Shown in pieces: positions 17,722 through 29,610 of a stretch of 64,000 nt of DNA. Both the position numbers and the translations under genes were made by a program. The DNA comes from Alphaproteobacteria bacterium (GTDB lineage: Bacteria; Pseudomonadota; Alphaproteobacteria; CAAHEQ01; UBA3637): positions 10,006 to 74,005 of the forward strand of contig JAGCYU010000001.1 in the NCBI GenBank assembly GCA_017960645.1. Reading direction: 5' to 3'. The notes beneath the pieces were generated by a model, which saw only the letters and a program-made list of their open reading frames with translations, did not search any database and was not told the DNA's origin. Within the stretch, counting starts at the first letter, position 1; each line of letters opens with the position of its first letter.

Positions 17722-20700
17722 TTATCCTTCTGTCGGATTTTCCGTGCCTTTATTTCTGGCTTCCAAGACTTCTTGGTCACGAGCCGCAGCTTCCGCACGC
17801 AAGCGTTTCACCAACGCACCTGTACCAGCAGGAATCAAACGCCCCACAATCACGTTTTCTTTCAATCCATGCAAGGAATCGCGCTTACCTGCTGTGGCAG
17901 CTTCGGTCAACACACGAGTTGTTTCTTGGAAGGACGCTGCAGAGATAAAGGATGGCGTCTGCAAGTTTGCCTTTGTAATACCTAATAACACAGGTACCAC
18001 TTTAGCAGGCTTACCACCAGCTTGTTCTGTTTTTTGATTTTCAACAATCAAGGTGTCTTTATCAACTTGTTCGCCTTCTAATAACGTTGTATCACCAGCA
18101 TCAACAACTTCCAGCTTACGCATCATTTGGCGAATAATGACTTCAATATGCTTATCATTGATTTTCACACCTTGTAAACGATACACCGCTTGAATTTCCT
18201 TAATCAGGTAATGAGCCAACGCTTCCACACCCAAGATGCGCAAAATATCATGAGGCACCAAACCACCTTCAATAATCATGTCGCCCTTGCGAACAATATC
18301 ACCATCATAAACGGCAGGGGTTTTGCCCTTTGGCACTAAATAAGCATGCTTGTTGCCTTTTTCATCCACGATTGTAATGATACGTTTTATTTGGAAATCC
18401 TTTCCAAATTGAACCGTACCAGCTTGTTCTGCGATAACGGCAGCATCTTTTGGACGACGTGCCTCAAACAATTCTGCTACTCGAGGCAAACCGCCCGTAA
18501 TATCCCGAGTTTTTGCTTCGCGAGGAATCAAGGCCAACACATCACCTTCGTGCACATCTTGACCATCAGAGACAGTAACGATAGCTCCTTTTGGTAAATA
18601 CATACGTACATCCGTCCCTTTTGCATTTTGAACAACATCACCTTTGTCATTCACCAGGGAAATACGAGGACGCAAAGCTTTGCCGGATTCTGACTCCATA
18701 ATGACTTTTTCTGTCAACCCTGTTGCAGAATCTGTACGTTCATCTAAAGTCTTACCTGCAATCAAATCCTCATACTTAGCGATACCAGAAGCATCTGCAA
18801 TAATTGGATTAGAATATGGATCCCATTCAACCAAACGAGTCCCTTTCTTCACCGATTGACCGTCTTTCACCATCAATTTAGAACCATAAGTCAATTTATG
18901 ACGGGCCTTTTCGCGACCATTTTTATCCAGCAATGACAATTCACTGTTTCTGGACAACACAATTGTTTCGCCAGATGAATTAACAACAGTAACTGCATTA
19001 TCAATACGCACCGTTGCATCAAATGCAGCATCCATAGAAGATTCTGCGCCGCGCTGGGCTGTACCACCAACGTGGAAGGTACGCATCGTTAACTGAGTAC
19101 CAGGTTCACCAATGGATTGAGCTGCAATCGTACCAACTGCTTCGCCCAAGTTCACAGGCGTACCTCTGGCCAAATCACGTCCGTAACACTTAGCACAAAC
19201 ACCATCTTCCGCTTCGCAAGTCAAAACAGAACGAATCTTAACGGCATCAATACCCAAAGCGTCAATTTTATCCACATCGGATTCATCCAACAACCTACCC
19301 TTTGCGAATACGATTTCTTTGGTATCCGGATGCAAAATATCTTCGGCCAATGTACGACCTAAAATACGCTCACCAGTTGTTGCAATCACATCACCACCTT
19401 CAATAATAGGACGAATTGTAATGCCTTGATCTGTACCACAATCTTCCATTGTGACAACACAATCTTGTGCCACATCAACCAACTTACGTGTCAAGTAACC
19501 GGATCCTGCTGTTTTCAAAGCCGTATCAGCCAAACCTTTACGCGCACCGTGAGTAGAGTTAAAGTATTCCATAACCGTCAAGCCTTCTTTAAAGTTTGAA
19601 CGAATTGGCGTTTCAATAATATCACCGTTCGGTTTCGCCATCAAACCACGCATACCAGCTAACTGACGCATCTGGGTAGCAGAACCACGTGCACCAGAAT
19701 CAGCCATCATGTAAACAGAGTTCACAGGCTTACCTGGTTCAATTTTGGAAATTTCCGCCATCATTTCTTTAGCAACAGCATCTGTACACACAGTCCAAGC
19801 ATCAACAACTTTGTTATATTTTTCCAAACGAGTAATCAAACCATCTTGGTATTGTTGTTCATATTCTTTTGTTTTAGCTTCAGTATCTGCCAACAATTTT
19901 TTCTTTGCAGCAGGAACCAATAAATCATCTTTACCAAATGAAATACCGGCTTTAGCTGCTTGTTGGAACCCTAACGCTTTAATCTTATCTGCAAAAATAC
20001 AGGTTTCTTGCTGACCGCAATAATGATACACAGCACCAATAATATCCCGCACATCACCTTTCTTAATCAAGCGGTTGATTAAGCTGAAAGGAATATTGCT
20101 GGATTCTGGCAATACAGTGGATAAAATCACACGACCTGGCGTTGTTTCCACAATTCGCGTATTCTTTTGACCGTTATCTTCCATAATTGTCATACGAACT
20201 TTAATCTTGGCATGCAAAGAAACATCTTTGTTGAACAAAGCATGTTCAATTTCTTGTGGACCAGAGAAAACCATTCCTGCGCCCGGTTCTCCATCTTTCT
20301 GCAAAGACAAATAATACAAACCCAACACCATATCTTGCGAAGGCACAATAATGGGCTTACCAGAAGCAGGCGACAAAATGTTATTTGTAGATAACATCAA
20401 TACACGAGCTTCCAATTGAGCTTCCGTTGACAAAGGAACGTGAACTGCCATCTGGTCACCATCGAAGTCCGCATTAAATGCCGTACAAGCCAATGGATGC
20501 AATTGAATTGCCTTACCTTCAATCAACACAGGTTCAAACGCTTGAACAGAGAGGCGGTGCAATGTAGGAGCACGGTTCAACAACACAGGGTGTTCTTTAA
20601 TCACTTCGGACAAGATATCCCATACAACAGGCACTTCTTTTTCCACTAACTTTTTAGCAGCTTTAATCGTGCTTGCGTGTCCGTATTGTTCCAATTTAGC

Positions 20701-21849
20701 ATAAATAAATGGTTTAAATAATTCCAAAGCCATCCGTTTTGGCAAACCACATTGGTGTAATAATAATTCTGGACCAACAGTAATCACGGAACGACCAGAA
20801 TAGTCCACGCGCTTACCTAACAAGTTTTGACGGAAACGACCTTGCTTACCTTTCAACATATCTGCCAAAGACTTTAAAGGACGTTTGTTTGTGCCTGTCA
20901 CAGCACGACCACGACGGCCGTTATCAAACAAAGCATCTACGGCCTCTTGCAACATACGTTTTTCATTGCGGATAATGATCTCTGGAGCGCGCAATTCCAA
21001 CAACCGTTTTAAACGATTGTTACGGTTAATCACACGACGATATAAATCGTTCAAATCAGATGTTGCAAAACGACCTCCATCCAGTGGAACTAATGGACGC
21101 AATTCAGGCGGAATCACCGGAATCACATCCAACACCATCCATTCTGGACGAGCGCCAGATTCCAAGAAAGCTTCAACCAATTTCAACTTCTTAACAATCT
21201 TGCGACGCTTCATATCCGATTTTGTCTCAATCAATTCGGCACGTAATTTTTTGGCTTCATCTGCCAAATCTATTTGCGCCAACAATTCTTTGATTGCTTC
21301 AGCGCCAATGCCAACGCGGAAAGAATCTTCCCCATAATCTTCCAAGGCCTTTTGGTATTGTTCTTCAGTCAACAATTCCATTTGCTTTAATGGTGTTAAA
21401 CCCGGTTCAATCACAATGTATTTTTCAAAATACAAAACTGATTCCAAATGCTTTAACATCATATCCAACAATGTACCGATACGGCTTGGCAAAGATTTTA
21501 AAAACCAAATGTGTGTCACAGGGGCTGCCAATTCAATGTGTCCCATACGTTCACGACGCACCTTGGACAAGGTCACTTCAACACCGCACTTTTCGCAAGT
21601 AATACCACGATATTTCATGCGTTTATACTTACCGCACAAACATTCGTAATCCTTAACAGGTCCAAAGATTTTAGCACAGAACAAACCATCTTTTTCCGGT
21701 TTAAATGTCCGATAGTTAATGGTCTCAGGACGCGTTACTTCACCAAAAGACCAAGACCGAATTTTTTCCGGTGAGGCAATAGAAATCCGAATGTCATCAA
21801 ACATCTGTGGAGATGGCACTTGACCAAAAGTTTTAATTAATTCATTCAT
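17722..21849 (-). CDS. rpoC: DNA-directed RNA polymerase subunit beta'
   Basis: 1375 aa; [12 protein letters not shown] catalytic motif and zinc fingers. Confidence 0.97.
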   Translation of the reverse strand: MNELIKTFGQVPSPQMFDDIRISIASPEKIRSWSFGEVTRPETINYRTFKPEKDGLFCAKIFGPVKDYECLCGKYKRMKYRGITCEKCGVEVTLSKVRRERMGHIELAAPVTHIWFLKSLPSRIGTLLDMMLKHLESVLYFEKYIVIEPGLTPLKQMELLTEEQYQKALEDYGEDSFRVGIGAEAIKELLAQIDLADEAKKLRAELIETKSDMKRRKIVKKLKLVEAFLESGARPEWMVLDVIPVIPPELRPLVPLDGGRFATSDLNDLYRRVINRNNRLKRLLELRAPEIIIRNEKRMLQEAVDALFDNGRRGRAVTGTNKRPLKSLADMLKGKQGRFRQNLLGKRVDYSGRSVITVGPELLLHQCGLPKRMALELFKPFIYAKLEQYGHASTIKAAKKLVEKEVPVVWDILSEVIKEHPVLLNRAPTLHRLSVQAFEPVLIEGKAIQLHPLACTAFNADFDGDQMAVHVPLSTEAQLEARVLMLSTNNILSPASGKPIIVPSQDMVLGLYYLSLQKDGEPGAGMVFSGPQEIEHALFNKDVSLHAKIKVRMTIMEDNGQKNTRIVETTPGRVILSTVLPESSNIPFSLINRLIKKGDVRDIIGAVYHYCGQQETCIFADKIKALGFQQAAKAGISFGKDDLLVPAAKKKLLADTEAKTKEYEQQYQDGLITRLEKYNKVVDAWTVCTDAVAKEMMAEISKIEPGKPVNSVYMMADSGARGSATQMRQLAGMRGLMAKPNGDIIETPIRSNFKEGLTVMEYFNSTHGARKGLADTALKTAGSGYLTRKLVDVAQDCVVTMEDCGTDQGITIRPIIEGGDVIATTGERILGRTLAEDILHPDTKEIVFAKGRLLDESDVDKIDALGIDAVKIRSVLTCEAEDGVCAKCYGRDLARGTPVNLGEAVGTIAAQSIGEPGTQLTMRTFHVGGTAQRGAESSMDAAFDATVRIDNAVTVVNSSGETIVLSRNSELSLLDKNGREKARHKLTYGSKLMVKDGQSVKKGTRLVEWDPYSNPIIADASGIAKYEDLIAGKTLDERTDSATGLTEKVIMESESGKALRPRISLVNDKGDVVQNAKGTDVRMYLPKGAIVTVSDGQDVHEGDVLALIPREAKTRDITGGLPRVAELFEARRPKDAAVIAEQAGTVQFGKDFQIKRIITIVDEKGNKHAYLVPKGKTPAVYDGDIVRKGDMIIEGGLVPHDILRILGVEALAHYLIKEIQAVYRLQGVKINDKHIEVIIRQMMRKLEVVDAGDTTLLEGEQVDKDTLIVENQKTEQAGGKPAKVVPVLLGITKANLQTPSFISAASFQETTRVLTEAATAGKRDSLHGLKENVIVGRLIPAGTGALVKRLRAEAAARDQEVLEARNKGTENPTEG

Positions 21850-21864
21850 TTTATTTTTCCTCTC

Positions 21865-24800
21865 TTATTGTTCTTTTTGATTCAGTTCAACATCCAAGCC
21901 CAAAGAACGCATTTCTTTGACCAACACGTTAAAGGATTCTGGAATACCCGCTTCAAAGTTTGTATCACCACGAATGATTGTTTCATAAGCTTTAATACGA
22001 CCAGAAACGTCATCTGATTTAATTGTAAGCATTTCTTGCAGTGTATAGGCCGCACCATATGCTTCCAAAGCCCACACTTCCATTTCGCCAAAACGCTGAC
22101 CACCGAATTGAGCCTTACCACCCAACGGTTGTTGCGTCACTAAACTGTACGGCCCAATGGAACGTGCGTGAATCTTTTCATCAACCAAGTGGTGCAACTT
22201 CAACATATACATGTATCCGATTGTCACGGGACGATCAAAGGCTTCACCTGTTCGACCATCAAACAGCTTAACTTGACCTGTTGTAGACAGACCCGCTTTA
22301 GCCAACATTTCATCAATATCTTTCTGATGAGCACCATCAAATACTGGTGTTGCAATTGGCAAACCTTCGCGCAAATTTTCACTCATAGCTAACAATTCTG
22401 CATCATCCATTTTTGCCAATTTATTTTTATATTCACGATCGCCATAAATATCTTTCAATTTAGCACGTAAATCATCCATTTTGGCTTTCTTGGCCTTTAC
22501 TTGATCCACAACAGCGGCTATTTGAGCGCCCAAAGCGTGACAAGCGTATCCTAAGTGTGTTTCTAAAATTTGCCCTACATTCATACGTGAAGGAACGCCC
22601 AACGGATTCAAAACGATATCCACAGGTTGGCCATCTTCGGTATAAGGCATATCTTCAATTGGTAAAACTCTGGACACCACACCTTTGTTTCCATGGCGTC
22701 CGGCCATTTTATCGCCCAATTGCAATTTCATCTTTGTTGCGACAAAAACGCGGATTTTCTTTAATTCTCCCGCCATCATTTCATCGCCACGTTGCAATTT
22801 TTCAACACGTTGTTCAAAACGTTCTTGCAAAGATTTTTCACCAGCATCTAAGGTTTGGATCAACTGCTCTAACTCGGCCATAACTTTGTCATCAGCCATA
22901 TTCATTTTGCGCAAAGTCAGCTCATCAATATTTGCCAAATCTTTCTCGGATAAAACAGCACCTTTTTTGAACTTATCGGATTTTGCAACTGTTTGACCTT
23001 TCAATAATTCCTTGGCACGATACACAAAGCTACCCTGCAAGATAGACTTTTCATCGTCACGGTCTTTTGCTAATTTAGCAATTTCAGCCTGTTCAATTGC
23101 CAAAGCACGTTCATCTTTAGCTAATCCGCGGCGTGTAAAGACACGCACATCAACAACTGTTCCGTTAACTCCAGGTGGTACGCGCAAAGAACTATCGCGA
23201 ACATCTGCGGCCTTTTCGCCAAAGATTGTGCGCAACAATTTTTCTTCAGGCGTCATCACTGTTTCACCTTTTGGTGTTACTTTACCAACCAAGATATCTC
23301 CCGCTTTGACTTCTGCGCCAACATAAATCACACCCGTTTCATCCAGGTTCCGCAAAGCATCTTCACCGACGTTTGGAATATCACGTGTAATTTCTTCTTG
23401 CCCCAACTTGGTATCACGCGCCGTCACCTCATATTCACGAATATGAACAGAAGTAAAGACATCATCACGAGCAATCCGTTCAGAAATCAAGATAGCATCT
23501 TCGTAGTTGTATCCGTTCCACGGCATAAAGGCCACCAAAACGTTACGGCCCAAAGCTAACTCACCCATTTCTGTACAAGGACCATCAGCGATAATTTCGC
23601 CCTTTTCAACTTTATCCCCTGTTTTCACAAGAGGTTGTTGAGTCATACATGTATCCACATTAGAGCGTTGGAACTTGCTTAAAGTGTAAATATCAACACC
23701 GGAAGCTTTTGCATCCAAATCTTCTGTGGCGCGAATCACGATACGAGAGGCATCCACAAATTGGACAACACCTGCACGTTTTGCAGCCAACGCGGCACGA
23801 GAATCTTTAGCAACAATCTGTTCCATACCCGTTCCAACCAATGGAGATTGGTTTTTAAGCAAAGGAACGCCTTGCTTCTGCATGTTAGATCCCATCAAAG
23901 CACGGTTTGCGTCATCGTTTTCCAAAAAAGGAATCAAACTGGCAGACACAGACACCACTTGACGAGGTGACACATCCATAAAATCGACTTCCTCTGGGCG
24001 AACCATCATGATTTCACCATCTCTGCGTGCCGTAACTAAGTCTTCTGTCAACATATTTTTGCTGTCTTTTAACGAGTTAGCTTGAGCAATCGTATGCTTG
24101 GCTTCTTCAATAGCTGTCATATAAACAACTTCATCCGTCACCTTTTTGTCCACGACCTTACGATAAGGCGTTTCAATAAAGCCATATTCATCAACTTTCG
24201 CATAACTGGCTAACGAGTTAATCAAACCGATGTTTGGTCCTTCTGGGGATTCAATCGGACAAATACGTCCATAGTGTGTCGGATGCACGTCACGAACTTC
24301 CATACCGGCACGATCCCGCGTTAAACCACCAGGTCCCAAAGCCGACAAACGGCGTTTGTGTGTAATTTCATCCAACGGGTTATTTTGTGCCATAAATTGG
24401 CTCAATTGGCTGCTTGCAAAGAATTCACGAACAGCTGTTGACAATGGTTTTGCATTGATTAAATCCGAAGGCATCACAGTATCAATTTCGGCAGAAGTCA
24501 TGTGTTCTCGAATTAAACGTTCCATTCTAAGCAATCCAACGCGATATTGATTTTCCATCAATTCCCCAACAGAACGTACACGACGGTTGGCCAAGTTATC
24601 AATATCATCTACATCACCAAAACCATCTTTAATCTGGGTTAAAATTTTAACAATACCTAAGATGTCTTCTTTGCGCAACACACGATATGTTGCAGGCACT
24701 TCATCATTAGACACGCCTAAGCGCGCATTAATCTTAACGCGACCTACTGCGGACAAATCGTAATGTTCTGGACTAAACAACATACTGCGGAACAATTGAT

Positions 24801-26034
24801 CGGCCGTTTCAACCACAGGTAATTCACCCGGATGCATAATACGATAAATGTCAATCAACGCCTCTTCACGTGTTGTATTTTTATCAATCAACAATGTATT
24901 GCGAATATATGGACCAACAGTGGAATATAATACAGGTATTTCCTTAACTTTTAACTCTGTTAACTTGTTAAAGTCATCCTCGGTTAATTCGTCACCGGCT
25001 TCCAAAATCACTTCACCGGTTTTTTCATCAATCATATCTGTAGCGACATAACGACCGATTAAGTCACTTTCTTCAACACGAATTTCCTTTAATCCATCTT
25101 TAGCTAACTTGTTTGCTTTGGCTGCAATCAATTTTTCGCCTTTTTTAGCAACCACCTTTCCAGTTTCGGCATCAATTAAATCATAGGTCAATTTCATGCC
25201 GCGAACACGTGACACATCAAAGGCTGTTTTCCAACCTTTTTTATCACGTGTAAAGACAGTTGTTTCATAGAAGAAATTCAAAATTTCCTCTTTACTCATC
25301 CCCATCACATCTGCAGGATCTAATTCTTTACCTTTCTTTTCGGCCGCAGCACGTTTTTTTGCTGTTTCAGCGCTGTCTAAGGCATAAAACAATGTCGTAG
25401 CAGGTAATTTCCGACGACGGTCAATACGCACATACAATAAATCTTTTGCATCAAACTCAAAGTCAATCCAAGACCCGCGATATGGAATAATTCTAGCACT
25501 AAACAAATATTTACCAGATGAGTGTGTTTCACCATTATCATGATCATAGAAAACACCTGGAGAACGGTGCATTTGGCTTACAACCACACGTTCCGTTCCG
25601 TTAATAATAAAGGCGCCTTTGTCCGTCATCATCGGCAAATCGCCCATATATACATCTTGTTCTTTAATATCGCGAATAGAACGAACGCCTGTATCCGCAT
25701 CTACATCCCATACAACCAAGCGCATTGTTGCACGAACAGGAACACCATAAGTCAATCCACGTTTTAAACATTCATCTTCATCAAACTTAGGTTCATCCAA
25801 TTCATATTTCACAAACTCTAAATCGCCACGGCCTGCAAAATCATGGATCGGGAACACCGAAGTGAAAACCGCTTGTAAACCGACATCTTGTCTTTTATCT
25901 GCTGATACGCCTTTTTGTAAAAAATGTTTATAGGAATTTACTTGTACATCAATCAAGTCCGGCATTTCCATAATAGATTCAATTTGGTTGAAACTTTTAC
26001 GAACCCGACGGCGATTTACTTCAGATTTAATCAT
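21865..26034 (-). CDS. rpoB: DNA-directed RNA polymerase subunit beta
   Basis: 1389 aa with canonical RpoB motifs. Confidence 0.97.
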   Translation of the reverse strand: MIKSEVNRRRVRKSFNQIESIMEMPDLIDVQVNSYKHFLQKGVSADKRQDVGLQAVFTSVFPIHDFAGRGDLEFVKYELDEPKFDEDECLKRGLTYGVPVRATMRLVVWDVDADTGVRSIRDIKEQDVYMGDLPMMTDKGAFIINGTERVVVSQMHRSPGVFYDHDNGETHSSGKYLFSARIIPYRGSWIDFEFDAKDLLYVRIDRRRKLPATTLFYALDSAETAKKRAAAEKKGKELDPADVMGMSKEEILNFFYETTVFTRDKKGWKTAFDVSRVRGMKLTYDLIDAETGKVVAKKGEKLIAAKANKLAKDGLKEIRVEESDLIGRYVATDMIDEKTGEVILEAGDELTEDDFNKLTELKVKEIPVLYSTVGPYIRNTLLIDKNTTREEALIDIYRIMHPGELPVVETADQLFRSMLFSPEHYDLSAVGRVKINARLGVSNDEVPATYRVLRKEDILGIVKILTQIKDGFGDVDDIDNLANRRVRSVGELMENQYRVGLLRMERLIREHMTSAEIDTVMPSDLINAKPLSTAVREFFASSQLSQFMAQNNPLDEITHKRRLSALGPGGLTRDRAGMEVRDVHPTHYGRICPIESPEGPNIGLINSLASYAKVDEYGFIETPYRKVVDKKVTDEVVYMTAIEEAKHTIAQANSLKDSKNMLTEDLVTARRDGEIMMVRPEEVDFMDVSPRQVVSVSASLIPFLENDDANRALMGSNMQKQGVPLLKNQSPLVGTGMEQIVAKDSRAALAAKRAGVVQFVDASRIVIRATEDLDAKASGVDIYTLSKFQRSNVDTCMTQQPLVKTGDKVEKGEIIADGPCTEMGELALGRNVLVAFMPWNGYNYEDAILISERIARDDVFTSVHIREYEVTARDTKLGQEEITRDIPNVGEDALRNLDETGVIYVGAEVKAGDILVGKVTPKGETVMTPEEKLLRTIFGEKAADVRDSSLRVPPGVNGTVVDVRVFTRRGLAKDERALAIEQAEIAKLAKDRDDEKSILQGSFVYRAKELLKGQTVAKSDKFKKGAVLSEKDLANIDELTLRKMNMADDKVMAELEQLIQTLDAGEKSLQERFEQRVEKLQRGDEMMAGELKKIRVFVATKMKLQLGDKMAGRHGNKGVVSRVLPIEDMPYTEDGQPVDIVLNPLGVPSRMNVGQILETHLGYACHALGAQIAAVVDQVKAKKAKMDDLRAKLKDIYGDREYKNKLAKMDDAELLAMSENLREGLPIATPVFDGAHQKDIDEMLAKAGLSTTGQVKLFDGRTGEAFDRPVTIGYMYMLKLHHLVDEKIHARSIGPYSLVTQQPLGGKAQFGGQRFGEMEVWALEAYGAAYTLQEMLTIKSDDVSGRIKAYETIIRGDTNFEAGIPESFNVLVKEMRSLGLDVELNQKEQ

Positions 26035-26047
26035 GCTTTAACCTCAT

Positions 26048-26088
26048 TTATAAAAAATAAAAATCTCTTCTGGTGCAAGGGCGCCAGA
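26048..26088 (-). terminator. putative attenuator/terminator hairpin between rplL and rpoB
   Basis: On the minus strand, CUGGCGC-CCUU-GCACCAG hairpin (one G.U pair) followed by a U-rich run. Confidence 0.4.
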
Positions 26089-26163
26089 ACCCATGTTTTT
26101 TTACGCTTCAGGGTTGCACCTTAAAATACAAGATACAACCCAAGCGTTTTCGTAAGTTTTCTC

Positions 26164-26532
26164 TTACTTTAATTCAACTTTAGCGCCAGCAGCTTCTAAA
26201 GTCTTTTTCATATTTTCGGCTTCTTCTTTAGCAACGCCCTTCTTTAATTCTTTTGGAGCGCCATCAACTAAATCTTTAGCTTCTTTCAAGCCCAAGCCAG
26301 TAATTGTACGGACTTCTTTAATAACAGCGATTTTGTTTGCACCGGCATCGGCCAAAATCACATCAAAGTCTGTTTTTTCTTCAGCGGCAGCAGCACCAGC
26401 CCCAGCGGCGGCAACAGCCACAGGAGCAGCAGCACTTACGCCCCATTTTTCTTCTAATTGTTTTGCCAATTCAGCAGCTTCTAAAACTGTCAAACCAGAC
26501 AATTCATCAATAATCTTTGTTAAATCAGTCAT
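26164..26532 (-). CDS. rplL: 50S ribosomal protein L7/L12
   Basis: Ala-rich hinge and conserved C-terminal domain. Confidence 0.95.
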   Translation of the reverse strand: MTDLTKIIDELSGLTVLEAAELAKQLEEKWGVSAAAPVAVAAAGAGAAAAEEKTDFDVILADAGANKIAVIKEVRTITGLGLKEAKDLVDGAPKELKKGVAKEEAENMKKTLEAAGAKVELK

Positions 26533-26567
26533 TTTATCTTCCTTTCTATCTTTCTAACTGTTTAAAA

Positions 26568-27053
26568 TTAAGCAGCTTGTTCTTTTTCGGAATAAGCTTT
26601 TGCCAATCTGGCCAATTGTCCAGCAGGCGCCTGTAACAAACCAACCAACTTTCCACGGATTTCGTCCAAAGATGGCAAAGAGGCAAGCTCTTTTACCTTT
26701 GCGGCATCAATCAATTCACCCTTCATGACACCACCAACGATTTCCAACTTTTCATTGGCTTTTGCAGTTTTCGCAACGGCACGAGAAGCTGAAATTTCAT
26801 CTTCCGAATATGCAATTGCTGTAGGCCCTTTTAATAAATCTTTTAAAGGCTCACACGGCGTTCCAACTAGAGCAAGCTTAGCAAGACGGTTTTTAGCAAC
26901 TTTATAGCCGGCACCATCAGCGCGAACTGCGTTCCGTAAAGCCGTTGTTTCTGGCATTGACAATCCTTTGTTCAAAGCCACAACAACTAAATTCGCTTTT
27001 TTGAACACATCTGCGTATTCAGTAATCAGCTGTTGTTTTTGTTCACGTTTCAC
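26568..27053 (-). CDS. rplJ: 50S ribosomal protein L10
   Basis: Sequence and position in the rplKAJL cluster. Confidence 0.95.
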   Translation of the reverse strand: MKREQKQQLITEYADVFKKANLVVVALNKGLSMPETTALRNAVRADGAGYKVAKNRLAKLALVGTPCEPLKDLLKGPTAIAYSEDEISASRAVAKTAKANEKLEIVGGVMKGELIDAAKVKELASLPSLDEIRGKLVGLLQAPAGQLARLAKAYSEKEQAA

Positions 27054-27303
27054 TTTTTTACTCCGTTTTTTTAAGAGTTTGGTTTCCCATCCTCTTGGTT
27101 TCTACACAAGGTTTCGGGCTTATCGCCCTCTGCCCCACTCATACCCTGTCCAGAAACCGGTTCTTTAGCTTATTCCCATCAAGGAATCTTTAACCGTTCT
27201 GTCTATGTCGGCGGAATGCTTTCCATTAAACTTGCCCCGTGGCAAGTGCCCACAGTCTTGGACAGGAAATTTTCGCCCCATCAATCAATGACAGGGCAAA
27301 ACT
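27054..27303 (-). promoter_or_regulatory. ribosomal protein L10 (rplJ) leader / autoregulatory RNA region
   Basis: 250-nt GC-enriched untranslated region between rplA and rplJ, at the position of the conserved L10 leader. Confidence 0.5.
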
Positions 27304-27993
27304 TTATCCAACAATGCTGGACACGGAAACTTTAACACCAACACCTTGAGTTGTGCTTAAAGCAACCTGCTTTAAAAACACACCAGAGGAACTGGCCGGT
27401 TTCAATGCGGCTAAGTTTTTCACAAAAGCCACAACATTGTCTTTAATCTTGTCTGCTTCAAAACTGGCTTTACCAATACCTGCATGAACAATACCGGCAG
27501 CATCTGCGCGGAATTGAACTTGACCAGCCTTGGCGGCTTTAACAGCCCCAGCGACATCCATTGTCACTGTGCCCAATTTTGGGTTTGGCATCAATCCTTT
27601 TGGTCCCAAAATCTTACCAACACGACCAACAACACCCATCATATCTGGTGTAGCAATCAAACGTTGGAAATCAATTTTTCCTGCCAAAATATCGTTCATC
27701 AGGTCATCATCTCCGACAATATCGGCACCTGCTTCTTTTGCTTCAGTAGCTTTTGGCCCCTTAGCAAATACGGCAACGCGCAAAGTTTTGCCTGTACCAG
27801 CAGGCAAACTTACGGCACCCCGCACCATTTGGTCGGATTGTTTTGGATCAATACCTAATTGAACAGCAATATCCACAGTTTCATCAAACTTAGCCGTTGC
27901 GCCAGCTTTAATCGCAGCAACTGCTTCGTCCAAACTATAAACTTTATTTGTATCAACAGCTTCGTAAGCCTTTTTCAATCTTTTACCTGTCAT
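27304..27993 (-). CDS. rplA: 50S ribosomal protein L1
   Basis: Sequence and gene order. Confidence 0.95.
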   Translation of the reverse strand: MTGKRLKKAYEAVDTNKVYSLDEAVAAIKAGATAKFDETVDIAVQLGIDPKQSDQMVRGAVSLPAGTGKTLRVAVFAKGPKATEAKEAGADIVGDDDLMNDILAGKIDFQRLIATPDMMGVVGRVGKILGPKGLMPNPKLGTVTMDVAGAVKAAKAGQVQFRADAAGIVHAGIGKASFEADKIKDNVVAFVKNLAALKPASSSGVFLKQVALSTTQGVGVKVSVSSIVG

Positions 27994-27996
27994 GTC

Positions 27997-28425
27997 TTAC
28001 TCCACTACTTCAATTCCCATAGAACGTGCCTGACCAGCCACCATTTCCATAGCAGCTTCAACGGTATGACAGTTCATATCTGGCATTTTCTTTGTTGCAA
28101 TTTCTTTTACCTGAGCCTTTGTCAGTTTTCCAGCCTTATCCCGTCCAGGAGCTTTACTAGCACTCTTAACGTTAGCAGCCTTTTTAATCAAATAACTGAC
28201 AGGAGGAAGTTTTGTTTCAAAATCAAAACTATGATCCTGATACACTGTAATCATTACAGGGATCGGTGAACCCGGCTCTTCTTTTTGTGTTTTAGCATTA
28301 AATGCCTTACAAAATTCCATAATGTTCACACCTCTTTGTCCCAAAGCAGGACCTACAGGAGGTGATGGATTGGCTTTACCTGCTTCAATTTGAAGTTTGA
28401 TATAGCCCAATATTTTTTTTGCCAT
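27997..28425 (-). CDS. rplK: 50S ribosomal protein L11
   Basis: [23 protein letters not shown] motif. Confidence 0.95.
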   Translation of the reverse strand: MAKKILGYIKLQIEAGKANPSPPVGPALGQRGVNIMEFCKAFNAKTQKEEPGSPIPVMITVYQDHSFDFETKLPPVSYLIKKAANVKSASKAPGRDKAGKLTKAQVKEIATKKMPDMNCHTVEAAMEMVAGQARSMGIEVVE

Positions 28426-28542
28426 TTTATAACCTTCTTTTTTATTTTACACCAATCTTTCGGTTTCGTGGTACGAAGATGGCTTCTTCTGCCACAAGAA
28501 AGTTTAACCGGATTGGCCCGCGGTCAAACTCCCTTTAAAACT
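28426..28542 (-). promoter_or_regulatory. putative rplK-rplA (L11/L1) leader
   Basis: 117-nt untranslated region upstream of rplK with paired GC-rich segments; assignment is by position only. Confidence 0.3.
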
Positions 28543-29070
28543 CTACGCCTTTTTAACCTGAGCGTAATCCAAATCAACAGGTGTCGCACGACCAAAGATG
28601 GATACAGAAACTTTTAAACGTTCCTTTTCCGCATCTACACCTTCAACAACACCGGTAAAGCTGGCAAACGGACCATCAATAACTTGAACCTGCTCACCAA
28701 CCTCATAAGAAACAGCGGACTTCACACGCTCAACACCGTCTTGCACTTGATTCAAAATACGTTGAGCTTCGGCATCTGTAATTGGTTGCGGATTTTTTCC
28801 ACCCAAAAACCCTGTGACTTTAGGTGTATTGTTGACTAAATACCATGTAGCATCTGTCATTTCCATATTGGCCAAAACATACCCCGGGAAAAATTTCCGC
28901 ACAGATTCGCGCTTTGTTCCGTTTTGGACAGTCATAACTTTTTCGGTTGGAACGATAACATCTAATACCTTATCAGCCAAACCTTTCTTGACGGCCTGTT
29001 CCTTAATAAAATTTGCGACTTGATTCTCAAAACCGGAATAAGCATGAATTACATACCAGCGAATCGCCAT
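28543..29070 (-). CDS. nusG: transcription termination/antitermination factor NusG
   Basis: NGN and KOW domains; start taken at MAIRWYVIHAYSG, 2 nt after the secE stop. Confidence 0.9.
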   Translation of the reverse strand: MAIRWYVIHAYSGFENQVANFIKEQAVKKGLADKVLDVIVPTEKVMTVQNGTKRESVRKFFPGYVLANMEMTDATWYLVNNTPKVTGFLGGKNPQPITDAEAQRILNQVQDGVERVKSAVSYEVGEQVQVIDGPFASFTGVVEGVDAEKERLKVSVSIFGRATPVDLDYAQVKKA

Positions 29071-29071
29071 A

Positions 29072-29260
29072 TTATCCTCCAATAAAAATGTGCACAAACT
29101 TGGCACACAATGCATCTATAATGAATAAGGCAAAAGCCAAAACAACACTCATAACGATAACAACCACAGTCCCTTGCATTGTCTCATGCAGGGTTGGCCA
29201 AGTAATTTTAGACCATTCTTGCTTTACTTGTCGGACGAATTGAGCTGGTGATGTTTTCAT
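29072..29260 (-). CDS. secE: preprotein translocase subunit SecE
   Basis: 62 aa, a single TM segment; position between tRNA-Trp and nusG. Confidence 0.85.
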   Translation of the reverse strand: MKTSPAQFVRQVKQEWSKITWPTLHETMQGTVVVIVMSVVLAFALFIIDALCAKFVHIFIGG

Positions 29261-29320
29261 TTGTTGCCTTTCTAATCACTTCCATATCCTTACAGGGCCT
29301 ATATAAAAGGGGCTTTTCTT

Positions 29321-29397
29321 TGGCAGGGGCAGTAGGCATCGAACCCACGACCTTCGGTTTTGGAGACCGACGCTCTACCAGCTGAGCTATACCCCTT
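29321..29397 (-). tRNA. trnW: tRNA-Trp (anticodon CCA)
   Basis: Minus-strand read AGGGGTA-TA-GCTCAGCTGGTAGAGC-G-TCGGTCTCCAAAACCGA-AGGTC-GTGGGTTCGATGCCTAC-TGCCCCT-G-CCA; folds into a cloverleaf with one G.U pair in the acceptor stem and one in the T stem; 3' CCA is encoded. Confidence 0.9.
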
Positions 29398-29610
29398 AAA
29401 CCCAGTCCTATAAAAATACAGGTGGCACTATTATAATGAAAAAACAAAATAATGTCAAGCACCTTTTTGAACTTTTTTAACCAATTTTTAATTATTATTC
29501 ATACTAAAGGTGGTATTTCCCTGTAAATCATCACTAAGCCGGCAATAATATGTTAATTTTTATTGTTTTTTCACATTTTTTACTATATCATCTGGATTAA
29601 ATATTATTTT

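Noticed and set aside
18346-21774. Numerous 60-150 aa plus-strand ORFs overlapping rpoC
   Set aside because: They lie antisense inside a highly conserved, clearly coding gene. They have low-complexity, stop-free reading typical of the reverse strand of a long gene, and no RBS or homology.
22041-26124. Plus-strand ORFs overlapping rpoB
   Set aside because: Same reasoning: antisense artefacts within rpoB.
26333-26557. Ala-rich 74-aa ORF on the plus strand
   Set aside because: It mirrors the Ala-rich hinge of rplL on the opposite strand and is a frame artefact.
29071-29115. N-terminal extension of the nusG ORF (MHCVPSLCTFLLEDN...)
   Set aside because: It overlaps secE. The conserved NusG N-terminus begins at MAIRWYVIHAYSG.
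29563-29610. Upstream extension (MFFHIFYYIIWIKYYF) of the ferredoxin/pyruvyl-transferase gene
   Set aside because: Very AT-rich, probably initiated at a non-ATG codon in the ORF track, and has no RBS. ATG 29611 or 29623 is more plausible; the exact start is uncertain.
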